Shown: positions 10,213 to 17,914 of the stretch, piece by piece
How positions within the stretch are numbered: position 1 is the first letter of the stretch
Layout: every line of letters starts with the position of its first letter
NCBI GenBank assembly: GCA_037443445.1
Contig: JBBIOJ010000003.1
Span: 11,816 to 75,815, forward strand
Reading direction: 5' to 3'
Length of the DNA stretch: 64,000 nt
Source: Desulfarculaceae bacterium
GTDB lineage: Bacteria; Desulfobacterota; Desulfocorpusculales; Desulfocorpusculum
The notes under the pieces: generated by a model
The model's database searches: none
Seen by the model: the letters and a program-made list of their open reading frames with translations, nothing else
What the model was told of the DNA's origin: nothing
Made by a program: the position numbers and the translations under genes

Positions 10213-10829
10213 CCTCTGCCTCCTTGTCCCATCAGATCCAGGGGAAGCCCCTTGGCCTCCATGGAATCCCAGTACTCCTTGGCCACCACCTCCACTCCGG
10301 GAAGCGGACCGGAGCCCAGGATTTCCCTCGTGATCTGGTGCACCAGGGCTTCTTCCCTGGCCCTATCCAAAGGATAGGCCTCGAAGCTTTGCAGGAAAAG
10401 GCTGAATCTAACTATGTGCACCAGCTCGTGGGTGACCACATAGACCAGCAGAGGGAAAAGTGAGAGCTCTCTATCCCTGTCCAGGGCCCTTAGTATCACG
10501 TGATCCTGGAGGCATATCTTGTAGAAATCGAAATGAGAACTGCGAAGGCCGCTTTCGGCGGGTTGCCCCAGGTATCGGATTATCTGGGCAAAAGCCTCAT
10601 CGGTCAGCTCACCTTCCTTGAGCTTGGCCGCTGTTTGGATGTCGTAACGGCATCTTCTCCATTGGCTGGTGGAGTACTTGAAATGCTCGCTGGTCAGCTC
10701 TTCGGCCACGGCAACGGCCTCGTCCACCACTGCCAGGTGCTCCTGGTCGAAGCTCCGCCGCAGGATGCCTACAGATCCCAACCCCCAGCTCCATGGGTCC
10801 ACTTGCGAAGAGCGGATCACACAATTCAA
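10209..10829 (-). CDS. Hypothetical protein with HExxH motif (possible zinc-dependent hydrolase), co-operonic with moeA
   Basis: 206-aa ORF overlapping the moeA start by 4 nt. Contains VVTHELVHIV (HExxH). No confident family assignment. Confidence 0.5.
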   Translation of the reverse strand: MNCVIRSSQVDPWSWGLGSVGILRRSFDQEHLAVVDEAVAVAEELTSEHFKYSTSQWRRCRYDIQTAAKLKEGELTDEAFAQIIRYLGQPAESGLRSSHFDFYKICLQDHVILRALDRDRELSLFPLLVYVVTHELVHIVRFSLFLQSFEAYPLDRAREEALVHQITREILGSGPLPGVEVVAKEYWDSMEAKGLPLDLMGQGGRG

Positions 10830-10859
10830 ACCGGCTCTTGTGCCGGAAACCCTGCTTGG

Positions 10860-10954
10860 TGGCGGAGAGACCGGGATTCGAACCCGGGGTAGAGCTTTTT
10901 GGCCCTACACTCGCTTAGCAGGCGAGCCCCTTCAGCCGTCTCGGGCATCTCTCC
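10860..10954 (-). tRNA. tRNA-Ser (anticodon GCU), class II with long variable arm
   Basis: Hand fold of the reverse complement: acceptor GGAGAGA/TCTCTCC, anticodon stem CTCGC/GCGAG with loop CTGCTAA (anticodon GCT), long variable arm, T-arm CCGGG-TTCGAAT-CCCGG, discriminator G and encoded CCA. 95 nt. Confidence 0.85.
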
Positions 10955-11057
10955 TCGATCGGGTAAAACGGGTGAGCTCGGCCACCCAATGCCTTCCACT
11001 ATAGACCAGCGGCCCGTTCACAGTCAATGTGGCCGCTTGGGTCGGATTCGGCTTTCC

Positions 11058-11744
11058 CTAATCAGGACTTCGAAGCAGCATCCTCACTGGTCGTAGGTCT
11101 TTCAACAGGCTGGCCAGGCTGAGCCCTCTTGGATCCTGGACCAGGTGAACCCATCCCCCCACATGCACCAATACGCGGTATCTGCCTGCCATGTTCCTGA
11201 TCCTGCAGGCCATAAACATCTCCCGCAAGAGCCCCCTCTTGTACACCCAGGGGGGAGTTATTCCGACTTCTTTCAGGAGACCTCCTGAATCCAGACAGCG
11301 GCGGGCCCTGGCATAGGCTGCCAGAATCCTCTCTCCCAGGTCGGCTTGTTCCCTGGAGAGAAGAAGGGCCAAGTTTTCCCTGGTCAGGATTTCCTTTTCG
11401 TACCCTGGGAGCTCCTCTCTGGAGACCCAGTTGAGGTCTGTGAGGTGCAAAGGAATCCCATGGCTGGAAGCATAATCCCGACAGGCCAGATACTCGAAGG
11501 GGAGCCCCAGGGCCTGGACCATGAGCCTTACCTCGGGGTGAGCCTTGGCTGCGGGGGGGAACTCCTCCAGAAGTGAGTCCAGCTTGCCCAGGAGCTTGGG
11601 GCCCATCTGCTCTCTCCAGAGCAGCCCCAGGGGGCTCAGCTCCACGCCCAAGGCCTGGGGCCGGAGCTTCTCAAGGCTCTTGCAGAGGTAAATGGCCCCC
11701 TGAGGGTCCCTGTGGACAACCCCCAGCAGTACAAGAAGCCCCAT
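11058..11744 (-). CDS. TraB/GumN-family protein (Tiki/TraB/GumN superfamily)
   Basis: N-terminal LLGVVHRD...ALGVELSP and C-terminal VLVHVGGWVHLV resemble TraB-family signature regions (GTAH...VELC / GxxH). 228 aa. Confidence 0.55.
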   Translation of the reverse strand: MGLLVLLGVVHRDPQGAIYLCKSLEKLRPQALGVELSPLGLLWREQMGPKLLGKLDSLLEEFPPAAKAHPEVRLMVQALGLPFEYLACRDYASSHGIPLHLTDLNWVSREELPGYEKEILTRENLALLLSREQADLGERILAAYARARRCLDSGGLLKEVGITPPWVYKRGLLREMFMACRIRNMAGRYRVLVHVGGWVHLVQDPRGLSLASLLKDLRPVRMLLRSPD

Positions 11745-11823
11745 GGAAAGGGATCCTCCCCCATGGTTGCCTTCGGAGTTTCTTGATGGAAATCCGAGCC
11801 CCAGCCCCCAGGATCCACAATTT

Positions 11824-12591
11824 CTACTTGGGAGGCATGCGAAGGGCTCCGTCGAGCCTTATGGTCTCCCCGTTGAGAACCGGATTCTGGATTATGTGCT
11901 GAACCAGCATGGCGAACTCGTGAGGCCTTCCTAGCCTTGGGGGAAAAGGTATCTGCTGGCCCAGGGAGGTGCGGATCTGCTCAGGGAGGCCTGCCAAGAG
12001 GGGAGTGTCGAAGGTGCCAGGAGCTATGGTCACCACCCGGATACCGAAACGGGCCAACTCCCGGGCTGCAGGAAGGGTAAGTCCCACGATGCCGGCCTTG
12101 GAGGCTGCGTAGGCCACCTGCCCGATTTGGCCCTCGAAGGCAGCTATGGAGGCGGTGTTGACGATCACGCCCCTTTCTCCCTCCGAGTCGGGCTGGTTGC
12201 GAGTCATGTAGAAAGCAGCCCACCTCAACACATCAAAGGTGCCCACGAGGTTTATGTTCAGAACTCTGACAAAATGATCAAGCTCATGGGGCCCCTCCTT
12301 ACCCACCACCTTTGCTGGAGTGCCAACCCCAGCGCAGTTGACAGTTATGTGCACGGCTCCGAACCTCTCCACGGCCGAATTCATGGCAGCTTGGACCTGG
12401 GAGGTGTCTGTCACGTCGGTGCAGAAGAAAGCAGCCCTCTGCCCCAGCTCCGTGCAAAGGGCCAGGCCCCTGTCCTGGCTCACATCCAGTAGAACCACGT
12501 TGGCCTCCAAACTGTGAAGAAGCCTGGCTGTGGCCTCTCCGAGCCCGCTCACCCCTCCTGTGATCACAGCGGTCTTGCCTTTGATATCCAT
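11824..12591 (-). CDS. SDR-family oxidoreductase (3-hydroxyacyl-CoA dehydrogenase-like short-chain dehydrogenase)
   Basis: [15 protein letters not shown] Rossmann motif, catalytic [12 protein letters not shown] (YxxxK) and NAG motif. 255 aa. Confidence 0.8.
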   Translation of the reverse strand: MDIKGKTAVITGGVSGLGEATARLLHSLEANVVLLDVSQDRGLALCTELGQRAAFFCTDVTDTSQVQAAMNSAVERFGAVHITVNCAGVGTPAKVVGKEGPHELDHFVRVLNINLVGTFDVLRWAAFYMTRNQPDSEGERGVIVNTASIAAFEGQIGQVAYAASKAGIVGLTLPAARELARFGIRVVTIAPGTFDTPLLAGLPEQIRTSLGQQIPFPPRLGRPHEFAMLVQHIIQNPVLNGETIRLDGALRMPPK

Positions 12592-12860
12592 CTTTTCTCA
12601 TCCCCCTTCTCAGGCTCAATACCGAAGCAGATACTCTCGGCCAAAGATAAGACCTTTAAGGAATGCCCAATCCTACTGGTGAGGGACAGCAGGTGTCAAG
12701 AAGACCTGCCTTCTGGGAAGGGTCCCTGCCCCTGATACTCCCAAGGCAGGAGGCTTCTTTTCCTGATTAGTCCGGAAAAGCTTTGGGGGACACAGATCCC
12801 AAGGGGGAAACCCCGGAGGGATCTGACACGTCAAAAAACTGGGGGCAGGGAGGTGAAAAA

Positions 12861-13427
12861 ATGAGGGCAAAGATACCCGGCATAGGCGGGGTGCTCCTGG
12901 GTTTTTCCCTGGCCGTGCTTTCTGGTTGTTCCCATGTGATCTCTCAAGAGATGAGAGCCAAGGCCAGGGAGGATCTGGAGTTCACCATGGTCTTGGCAGA
13001 CCCTGAGCGTTATCATGGAGAGACGGTCATCTGGGGGGGTGTGATCCTGGAGACCGAGAACAAGGCAGAGGGCACTACACTGGTGATTCTGGAGACCCCT
13101 TTGGATTGGGAAGGGGCTCCCAGGCACGCGGAGTTCTCCAGGGGCAGATTCTTGGCCCGTACCGGCAGTTTCTTGGACCAGGCAGTATACAGCCAGGGTC
13201 GCAAGGTAACCGTGGCCGGTGAGGTGGCTGGGAGGGAAGTGCGAAGGGTTGGGGACCTGTCTTACGGGTACCCGGTGGTGTGGATCCGCGAGATACATCT
13301 TTGGCGGGAAACCCCAGGAGCATGGGTTCCAGCCCATCCCTGGGGGCCGTACTGGTATTGGGGAGGTCCGTATTGGTACTGGGATTGGTGGTGGCCCGGG
13401 TGGAGGCCACATTGGCGCAGGCGTTGA
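12861..13427 (+). CDS. slp: Slp-family outer-membrane lipoprotein with Trp/Tyr-rich C-terminal repeat tail
   Basis: ATG at 12861 preceded by GGAGGTG. Lipoprotein signal with lipobox LSGC. Slp-like core (PERYHGETVIWGGVILETENKAEGTTLVILETPLD...). C-terminus GPYWYWGGPYWYWDWWWPGWRPHWRRR is encoded by a near-perfect tandem DNA repeat. Confidence 0.7.
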   Translation: MRAKIPGIGGVLLGFSLAVLSGCSHVISQEMRAKAREDLEFTMVLADPERYHGETVIWGGVILETENKAEGTTLVILETPLDWEGAPRHAEFSRGRFLARTGSFLDQAVYSQGRKVTVAGEVAGREVRRVGDLSYGYPVVWIREIHLWRETPGAWVPAHPWGPYWYWGGPYWYWDWWWPGWRPHWRRR

Positions 13428-13432
13428 GAAGG

Positions 13433-14293
13433 ATGGGGATCCTGTGCAGGGCGGGCCTCATCTTCTGGTTTTGCCTTTTTGGAGTGGCCCGGGAGACTTG
13501 GGCTGACTGGCCCGAGCAGCCTTTGATAGAGAGGCTCACAGACGGCTCCAGGATGGGCCTCAGCAGGCTCACCTCGGAACTCAGGGGAAGTCCATTTGTG
13601 CTGGTGGGGGAGCTTCATGAGGAGCCCGAGCACCACAGGGCTCAGTTGATGCTCATCAGGGCGCTTTGGGAGGCCAAGGTGCCCTTGGCCATAGGCATGG
13701 AGATGTTTCGACAGGATGCACAGGAAGCCCTGGACAGCTGGACCAGGGGGGGGCTCTCCGAGGAGGAAATGGAGCAGATCTTTGGGCAGAACTGGGCCGA
13801 GACCTCCTGGCTCCTGTACCGGGACATACTGCTCTTTGCCAGGGAGAAATCCATTCCTGTCTTGGGGTTGAACCTGCCCAGGGAGATCACCCAGAAGGTG
13901 GCCTCCGGGGGTTATGCGAGCCTGCCTGAGGAGATGAAAAAGCACTGGGGGGAGGTGTCCTGCGACCTCCAGGAGCCCTACAGGAGCTTTGTGCACTGGG
14001 CCTTTGAGGCCCACGGGGACAGCAAGGAGGAGAGTTGGGAGAATTTCTGCCAGGCCCAGATCCTCTGGGATACGGCCATGGCCGTAAGACTTCTGGATTA
14101 TCGGGAAGCAAATCCCCAGACCACCATCGTGGTCCTGACAGGGGTGGGACATGCCTGGATGCACGGGATCCCGCAAAGGATAACCCAGCGCTCATACTTG
14201 CTCTGCAGGGTGATCCTCCCGGATCTGCAAGGAAGACTAAAGCAGGGTAAACTGGGGACCGAGGACGCCGACTATCTTTGGCTTAGGTATTGA
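13433..14293 (+). CDS. ChaN-family (Cofac_haem_bdg/DUF399) protein, Tiki/TraB/GumN superfamily, secreted
   Basis: ATG at 13433, 5 nt after the slp stop. Signal-peptide-like N-terminus. Motifs LVGELHEEPEHHRAQL, LAIGMEMF, NWAETSWLLYRDILLFARE, PVLGLNLPREI and GVGHAW match ChaN-family conserved blocks. Confidence 0.7.
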   Translation: MGILCRAGLIFWFCLFGVARETWADWPEQPLIERLTDGSRMGLSRLTSELRGSPFVLVGELHEEPEHHRAQLMLIRALWEAKVPLAIGMEMFRQDAQEALDSWTRGGLSEEEMEQIFGQNWAETSWLLYRDILLFAREKSIPVLGLNLPREITQKVASGGYASLPEEMKKHWGEVSCDLQEPYRSFVHWAFEAHGDSKEESWENFCQAQILWDTAMAVRLLDYREANPQTTIVVLTGVGHAWMHGIPQRITQRSYLLCRVILPDLQGRLKQGKLGTEDADYLWLRY

Positions 14294-15009
14294 TTGTCCG
14301 GCCGGCTCACCAAAGGGAGCCTGGGACCGAGGGAAATTCCCTCGGGGCTGACCAATGCCGTGTAAGCCCAGATTTCCACCCCCATCTCCAGGGCCTTCCA
14401 GAAAAGTTCCGCGTACCTCGGATCCACGAAGTCGGCTGGGGCAAAGCAGCGGGCGTCCTGGCGCTGTACCAGGTAAAAACACGCTGCCCTCTCCCCTTCG
14501 GCTGCAAGGGCCATGAGTTTTTGAAGGTGGCGTTGACCCCTTTGAGTCACGGCGTCAGGGAAGTAGGCCACATCATATTCCACCAGGGTGACATTCTTGG
14601 CCTCGATCCAAAGACGCTTCCCAGGAGAACTCAGAAGTGCGTCTATCCTGTTTTCACCCACCTGCACCTCGGGGTAGAATTTGCCGTACCCGTGTGCTTC
14701 TGGCAGAAGCCCTCGCTCCCAGGCTCTCCTGAGGACTCGGTTGGGGGTGAGGGTATTGATTCCGACCCAGGTGCTGTTGGAGCGCACCAGCTCCAGGGTG
14801 TAAGGAAACTTCCTCCCGGGCCTCTGGGCAGGCGAAGCAATCACCCGGTTTCCAGGCCTCAGCAGGCCCATCATGCTCCCGGAATTGTTGCAGTGGACCC
14901 AGAAGCTTCCTGCTCTTGCCTCCACCTCCACAAGAAACCTCTTCTCCCTCCTTATGAACTTGCCCCTTAGTACACCCTGGGGGAAAACAACCAGATGCTC
15001 CTGGCTCAC
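14272..15009 (-). CDS. sfsA: Sugar fermentation stimulation protein A (SfsA) family
   Basis: Similarity to SfsA along the ORF (KFIRREKRFLVEVE, VHCNNSGSMMGLL, YFPDAVTQRGQRHLQKLMALAAEG). The ORF as tracked (to 15135) would overlap the upstream thioredoxin-like gene; a GTG at about 15009 aligns with the SfsA N-terminus. Start uncertain. Confidence 0.7.
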   Translation of the reverse strand: MSQEHLVVFPQGVLRGKFIRREKRFLVEVEARAGSFWVHCNNSGSMMGLLRPGNRVIASPAQRPGRKFPYTLELVRSNSTWVGINTLTPNRVLRRAWERGLLPEAHGYGKFYPEVQVGENRIDALLSSPGKRLWIEAKNVTLVEYDVAYFPDAVTQRGQRHLQKLMALAAEGERAACFYLVQRQDARCFAPADFVDPRYAELFWKALEMGVEIWAYTALVSPEGISLGPRLPLVSRPDNQYLSQR

Positions 15010-15080
15010 AGGCTCCAATCCCTTCCCTTTGAAATAATAATCCGCCCCCCAATGCTCACGGGCAAGGGGGGCGGGCGCTC

Positions 15081-15656
15081 TTAGTTTATCAGCCTGTACG
15101 GCTGGGCTCTCTTGGCCCATTCGCTGCTCGGCCACTTCCTCTGGAGCTCCTCATAGGCCTCCCTGAGATGTTTTGGCTCGTGGGTATGCTTGTAAAGGGC
15201 CACCCCCTTCAGGAACATGGCCTCAGCAGCCGCGTCACTGCCGGGATGATGCTCCAGGATGCCCTCAAGGGCCGAGACGGCCTCCTGGAAGCGTCCGGCA
15301 TCAAAATGCACCTTGGCTATGCCCAGCCAGCCCGAGGGCACAAACTCCTCCGGGGGTAGAAAGCCTACTGTCCTGTGGTGCTCCTTCCCATCGGTGTCCA
15401 GGGTAACCAGGGTAGGAGTCCACTGCAGATTGAAGTCCCTGGCAAGGGGTTGGGTGTCGAAGCTAACCCTCAGCCCCACGAAATTCTGGTTTACGAAATC
15501 TCTGACAGTTTCCTTGGGATACGTGACCGCATCCATCTGCTGACAGCCAATTCAACCGGGGTTGAAAAAATCCAGGAGCACGGGCTTTTTCTCCTGCCTG
15601 GCCCTCTGAAGGGCCCTTTCCCAACTGGTTTCCCAGAGGATGCTCTCGCTGGCCAT
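15081..15656 (-). CDS. Thioredoxin-fold protein with UxxC redox motif, putative selenoprotein (in-frame TGA Sec codon at 15552-15554), with C-terminal TPR-like region
   Basis: Two same-frame ORFs (15552..15827 and 15081..15536) are separated only by a TGA. Read-through gives ...KPVLLDFFNPG-U-IGCQQMDAVTYP..., i.e. the stop sits exactly where the first Cys of a thioredoxin CxxC would be. Strong SD (AAGGAGGG) 5 nt upstream of ATG at 15656 (MASESILWETSW...). A 7-bp stem/GUCA-loop hairpin begins 17 nt downstream of the UGA. Confidence 0.75.
15517..15534 (-). promoter_or_regulatory. Putative bacterial SECIS-like hairpin (GGAUGCG-GUCA-CGUAUCC) downstream of in-frame UGA
   Basis: Perfect 7-bp stem (one G-U pair) with a GUCA apical loop. 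Starts 17 nt 3' of the UGA, which places the apical loop about 24 nt from the UGA. Consistent with the spacing and loop G/U features of bacterial SECIS elements. Confidence 0.5.
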
Positions 15657-16061
15657 GGTTTCCCTCCTTACAAGAAAGCTCCTGTCCGACTCCTCCATTG
15701 AGGCCCAGAACACCCGGGACTCAAGCCCCTCATACTCTTTAAGGATACTTTCAATATAACCCTGCCCCAACCCTCGCAAAGCAAAAAAACGTGTTCTGCT
15801 TTGACACCCTTGTGCTGCTTTGGGCATATGAGGCTCTCAGCCTGAACCATTAAGCCCTCAAGAGAAAGCCGGCCCAAATAGAACTACCTCAGTATGGAGT
15901 CCCTGCTCCTATCATTCAATACAAAACCTCGAAATCAGGCTTATCCATCCAAGAAAGGCACAAGCAGGCCCAGGCTCCCCCTTCTTGGGGGTCCCCAGGG
16001 GTCCTGGCTCCAATTCTTTGCCACCTTTCCCATTGCTCCAGAACAATACGGGGCAGAGGGC

Positions 16062-17549
16062 TCAGGAGCCGAATTCTCTGGCCCGCACAGGTCCACTGGT
16101 GACAACGTACAGCAACCGGGAAGACTCGTTGAGGCCAAGCAAGGAGGCTGCCTCTTGATCATAGAAGGCCCCCACTGCACAAGCCCCCAACCCAAGGGCC
16201 GTGGATGCGAGGTAGATCCTCTGGCCCATGCGGCCCGAAAGTATCAAGGCATGTCTGTACGCCCTGGCCCCCAGCCGGGATTCAAGGAGTTCCAGATTGC
16301 TAAGGAAGATAACCTGCAAGGCAGCCTGGCCCATCCAGTCTTGGTTCAGGCAGGCATAGGCCATCTTTCGGGAGAAATCCCCACGGGCCACCTCCCTTAG
16401 GGTCCGCTCTTGCATGTCTAGGAGATAGAACCCCCCGGGCATCTGCTCCACTTCCCTCAAGAGAAATCCAACAGCCAGAAGTTGATCCCATTCCTGGGAG
16501 GGGAAGTCCTGCTGTGGCTTCAGGCACTCCAACAGGCAGTGAAAGCTGTGTCTGTCCATGGGCCTAGGCAGGTAGGCCCGTCTGGACCTTCGCTGAAAAA
16601 GGGAGTCCACATATCCCATCTCATGTTGCCCAGGCGTGGGTGCTCCCCCAGGATGAGCAGGGCCCAATTCAAGCCCCAGCTCCTCCAGCATCCTCAACAC
16701 TGGGCCTTCCCCCCAGCGCATGGGACGGCAACCGGCTATGTGGGCTTCCAGAATGGTGGGGTAAATGGTCTCCTTGGGGGCCGGAGGCTCAGGTTTGGGA
16801 ATAGGGTAGGGGGATCCAAAGAGAGCCTCGGCAAGGGGAGAAGCCCCACTCCCCAAATCACCTGCTTCCACTATTGCCAAACAGGCCTCCTGTGTTGAGC
16901 CCAAACCCAAAAAAGAGTTCACTTTTTCATCTTGGAAATCCAGCAGAGTCCTGTGTGGGGTGCAGGTGGCCCTAAGGGCCAGGAGCAGGTTTTCCAGGAC
17001 ATAGCCTGAGTCCAAAAGCAGGTAGCGGTAGGCCCTCTCCCGATATTTCCAGGAGCTTCTAAAGAAGATGACGCTTACAAAGAAAGTCAAACTGCATGCG
17101 TCGGCAGCTCCCCAGGGCTCAAGGGGCCTTAACCTTACCAGGGAGTGCTCCTCCAGGTTGTAATGATACAGAGCCGCCGGGAGCCCGTTTATCCCCGAGG
17201 CTGCCAAATAAATCTCGCAAGGGTAAAGAGCGCCTGCCGAGGGTGTGCTTCTATAGAAGAAATCCCCTCCAGGATGTGAGCTTTTGGCAGTTATGGCACA
17301 GGTGAGCCTCAAAATTCCGGAGAGCTTCTTGAGGTCCCAGGCCTGAGAGCATTTAAAAGCGCAAGGGTCTCTCATGAGCTCCAGCATGCCCACGGAGGGA
17401 AATTCCAGCTCAATGGGAAGGGGCACCCTGGGCGCATTGAGATAGCGCTTGTACACTGTTGGCTGGTTGGACCACTCCAGGTACCCTCCTGACATGGCAT
17501 CCCGTTGGTAGGAGGTGATTTCATGATAGCGCTTCAGGGACTGGAGCAT
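16062..17549 (-). CDS. SagB/ThcOx-family dehydrogenase (tandem nitroreductase-like domains)
   Basis: 495 aa with two nitroreductase-fold halves and the glycine-rich C-terminal region typical of SagB-type dehydrogenase-domain proteins. No YcaO/cyclodehydratase gene nearby. Confidence 0.6.
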   Translation of the reverse strand: MLQSLKRYHEITSYQRDAMSGGYLEWSNQPTVYKRYLNAPRVPLPIELEFPSVGMLELMRDPCAFKCSQAWDLKKLSGILRLTCAITAKSSHPGGDFFYRSTPSAGALYPCEIYLAASGINGLPAALYHYNLEEHSLVRLRPLEPWGAADACSLTFFVSVIFFRSSWKYRERAYRYLLLDSGYVLENLLLALRATCTPHRTLLDFQDEKVNSFLGLGSTQEACLAIVEAGDLGSGASPLAEALFGSPYPIPKPEPPAPKETIYPTILEAHIAGCRPMRWGEGPVLRMLEELGLELGPAHPGGAPTPGQHEMGYVDSLFQRRSRRAYLPRPMDRHSFHCLLECLKPQQDFPSQEWDQLLAVGFLLREVEQMPGGFYLLDMQERTLREVARGDFSRKMAYACLNQDWMGQAALQVIFLSNLELLESRLGARAYRHALILSGRMGQRIYLASTALGLGACAVGAFYDQEAASLLGLNESSRLLYVVTSGPVRAREFGS

Positions 17550-17817
17550 GTTTAGGCTCTCCTTGACAAAAGCCGACCTGCGCCCTTTGATTCATCATGA
17601 CCGGTTTTGAAAGGAGTCGCAAGCCAGCCCTTGTTTCAAAAAAAGACTGGCCCTGATTTTTCTCCAAAGCCCGCAACTTTGGGGACTAGGGCCCCCAAGC
17701 TTTCCATAGGCTTAGACATATTCCGACTCGAAGCAGGCCCAAATCTGGAATCGAAAATCAGGATACATTTAAGTGTGGAGCGGCTTGCCCAAACATGTCA
17801 TTAAGATAGCCGGCATT

Positions 17818-17878
17818 ATTGTCCCACTCGGGGAATGGGAGAAAAACCATCGCCTTCAGGCAAAGACTTTGGTCCCCG
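17818..17878 (+). repeat. Copy A of a conserved ~60-nt element (ATTGTCCCACTCGGGgaATGGGAGAAaAACC...CTTTGG) in the carB 5' leader
   Basis: About 80% identical to copy B at 21152-21210. Contains the inverted repeat TCCCA-N9-TGGGA and an ATGGGAGAA(A/G)AACC mini-ORF start. Confidence 0.6.
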
Positions 17879-17914
17879 CTCAGGGAGTCAGCAATTCATG
17901 TGGGGGGCTTTGCC

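Noticed and set aside
10860-10954. 95-nt tRNA with long variable arm near a selenoprotein gene: could it be tRNA-Sec?
   Set aside because: Hand folding gives a 7-bp acceptor stem, a class-II variable arm and anticodon GCU (not UCA), so it is tRNA-Ser, not tRNA-Sec.
15657-15827. N-terminal 57 aa of ORF 15552..15827 (MPKAAQGCQSRTRFF...)
   Set aside because: No SD and no homology. A strong SD plus ATG at 15656 and thioredoxin-fold homology starting there indicate this is 5' leader, not coding.
17819-17914. N-terminal 32 codons of the tracked ORF preceding [16 protein letters not shown]
   Set aside because: CarB homology begins at MPKRTD. The upstream stretch coincides with the conserved repeat element and is more likely leader sequence than coding.
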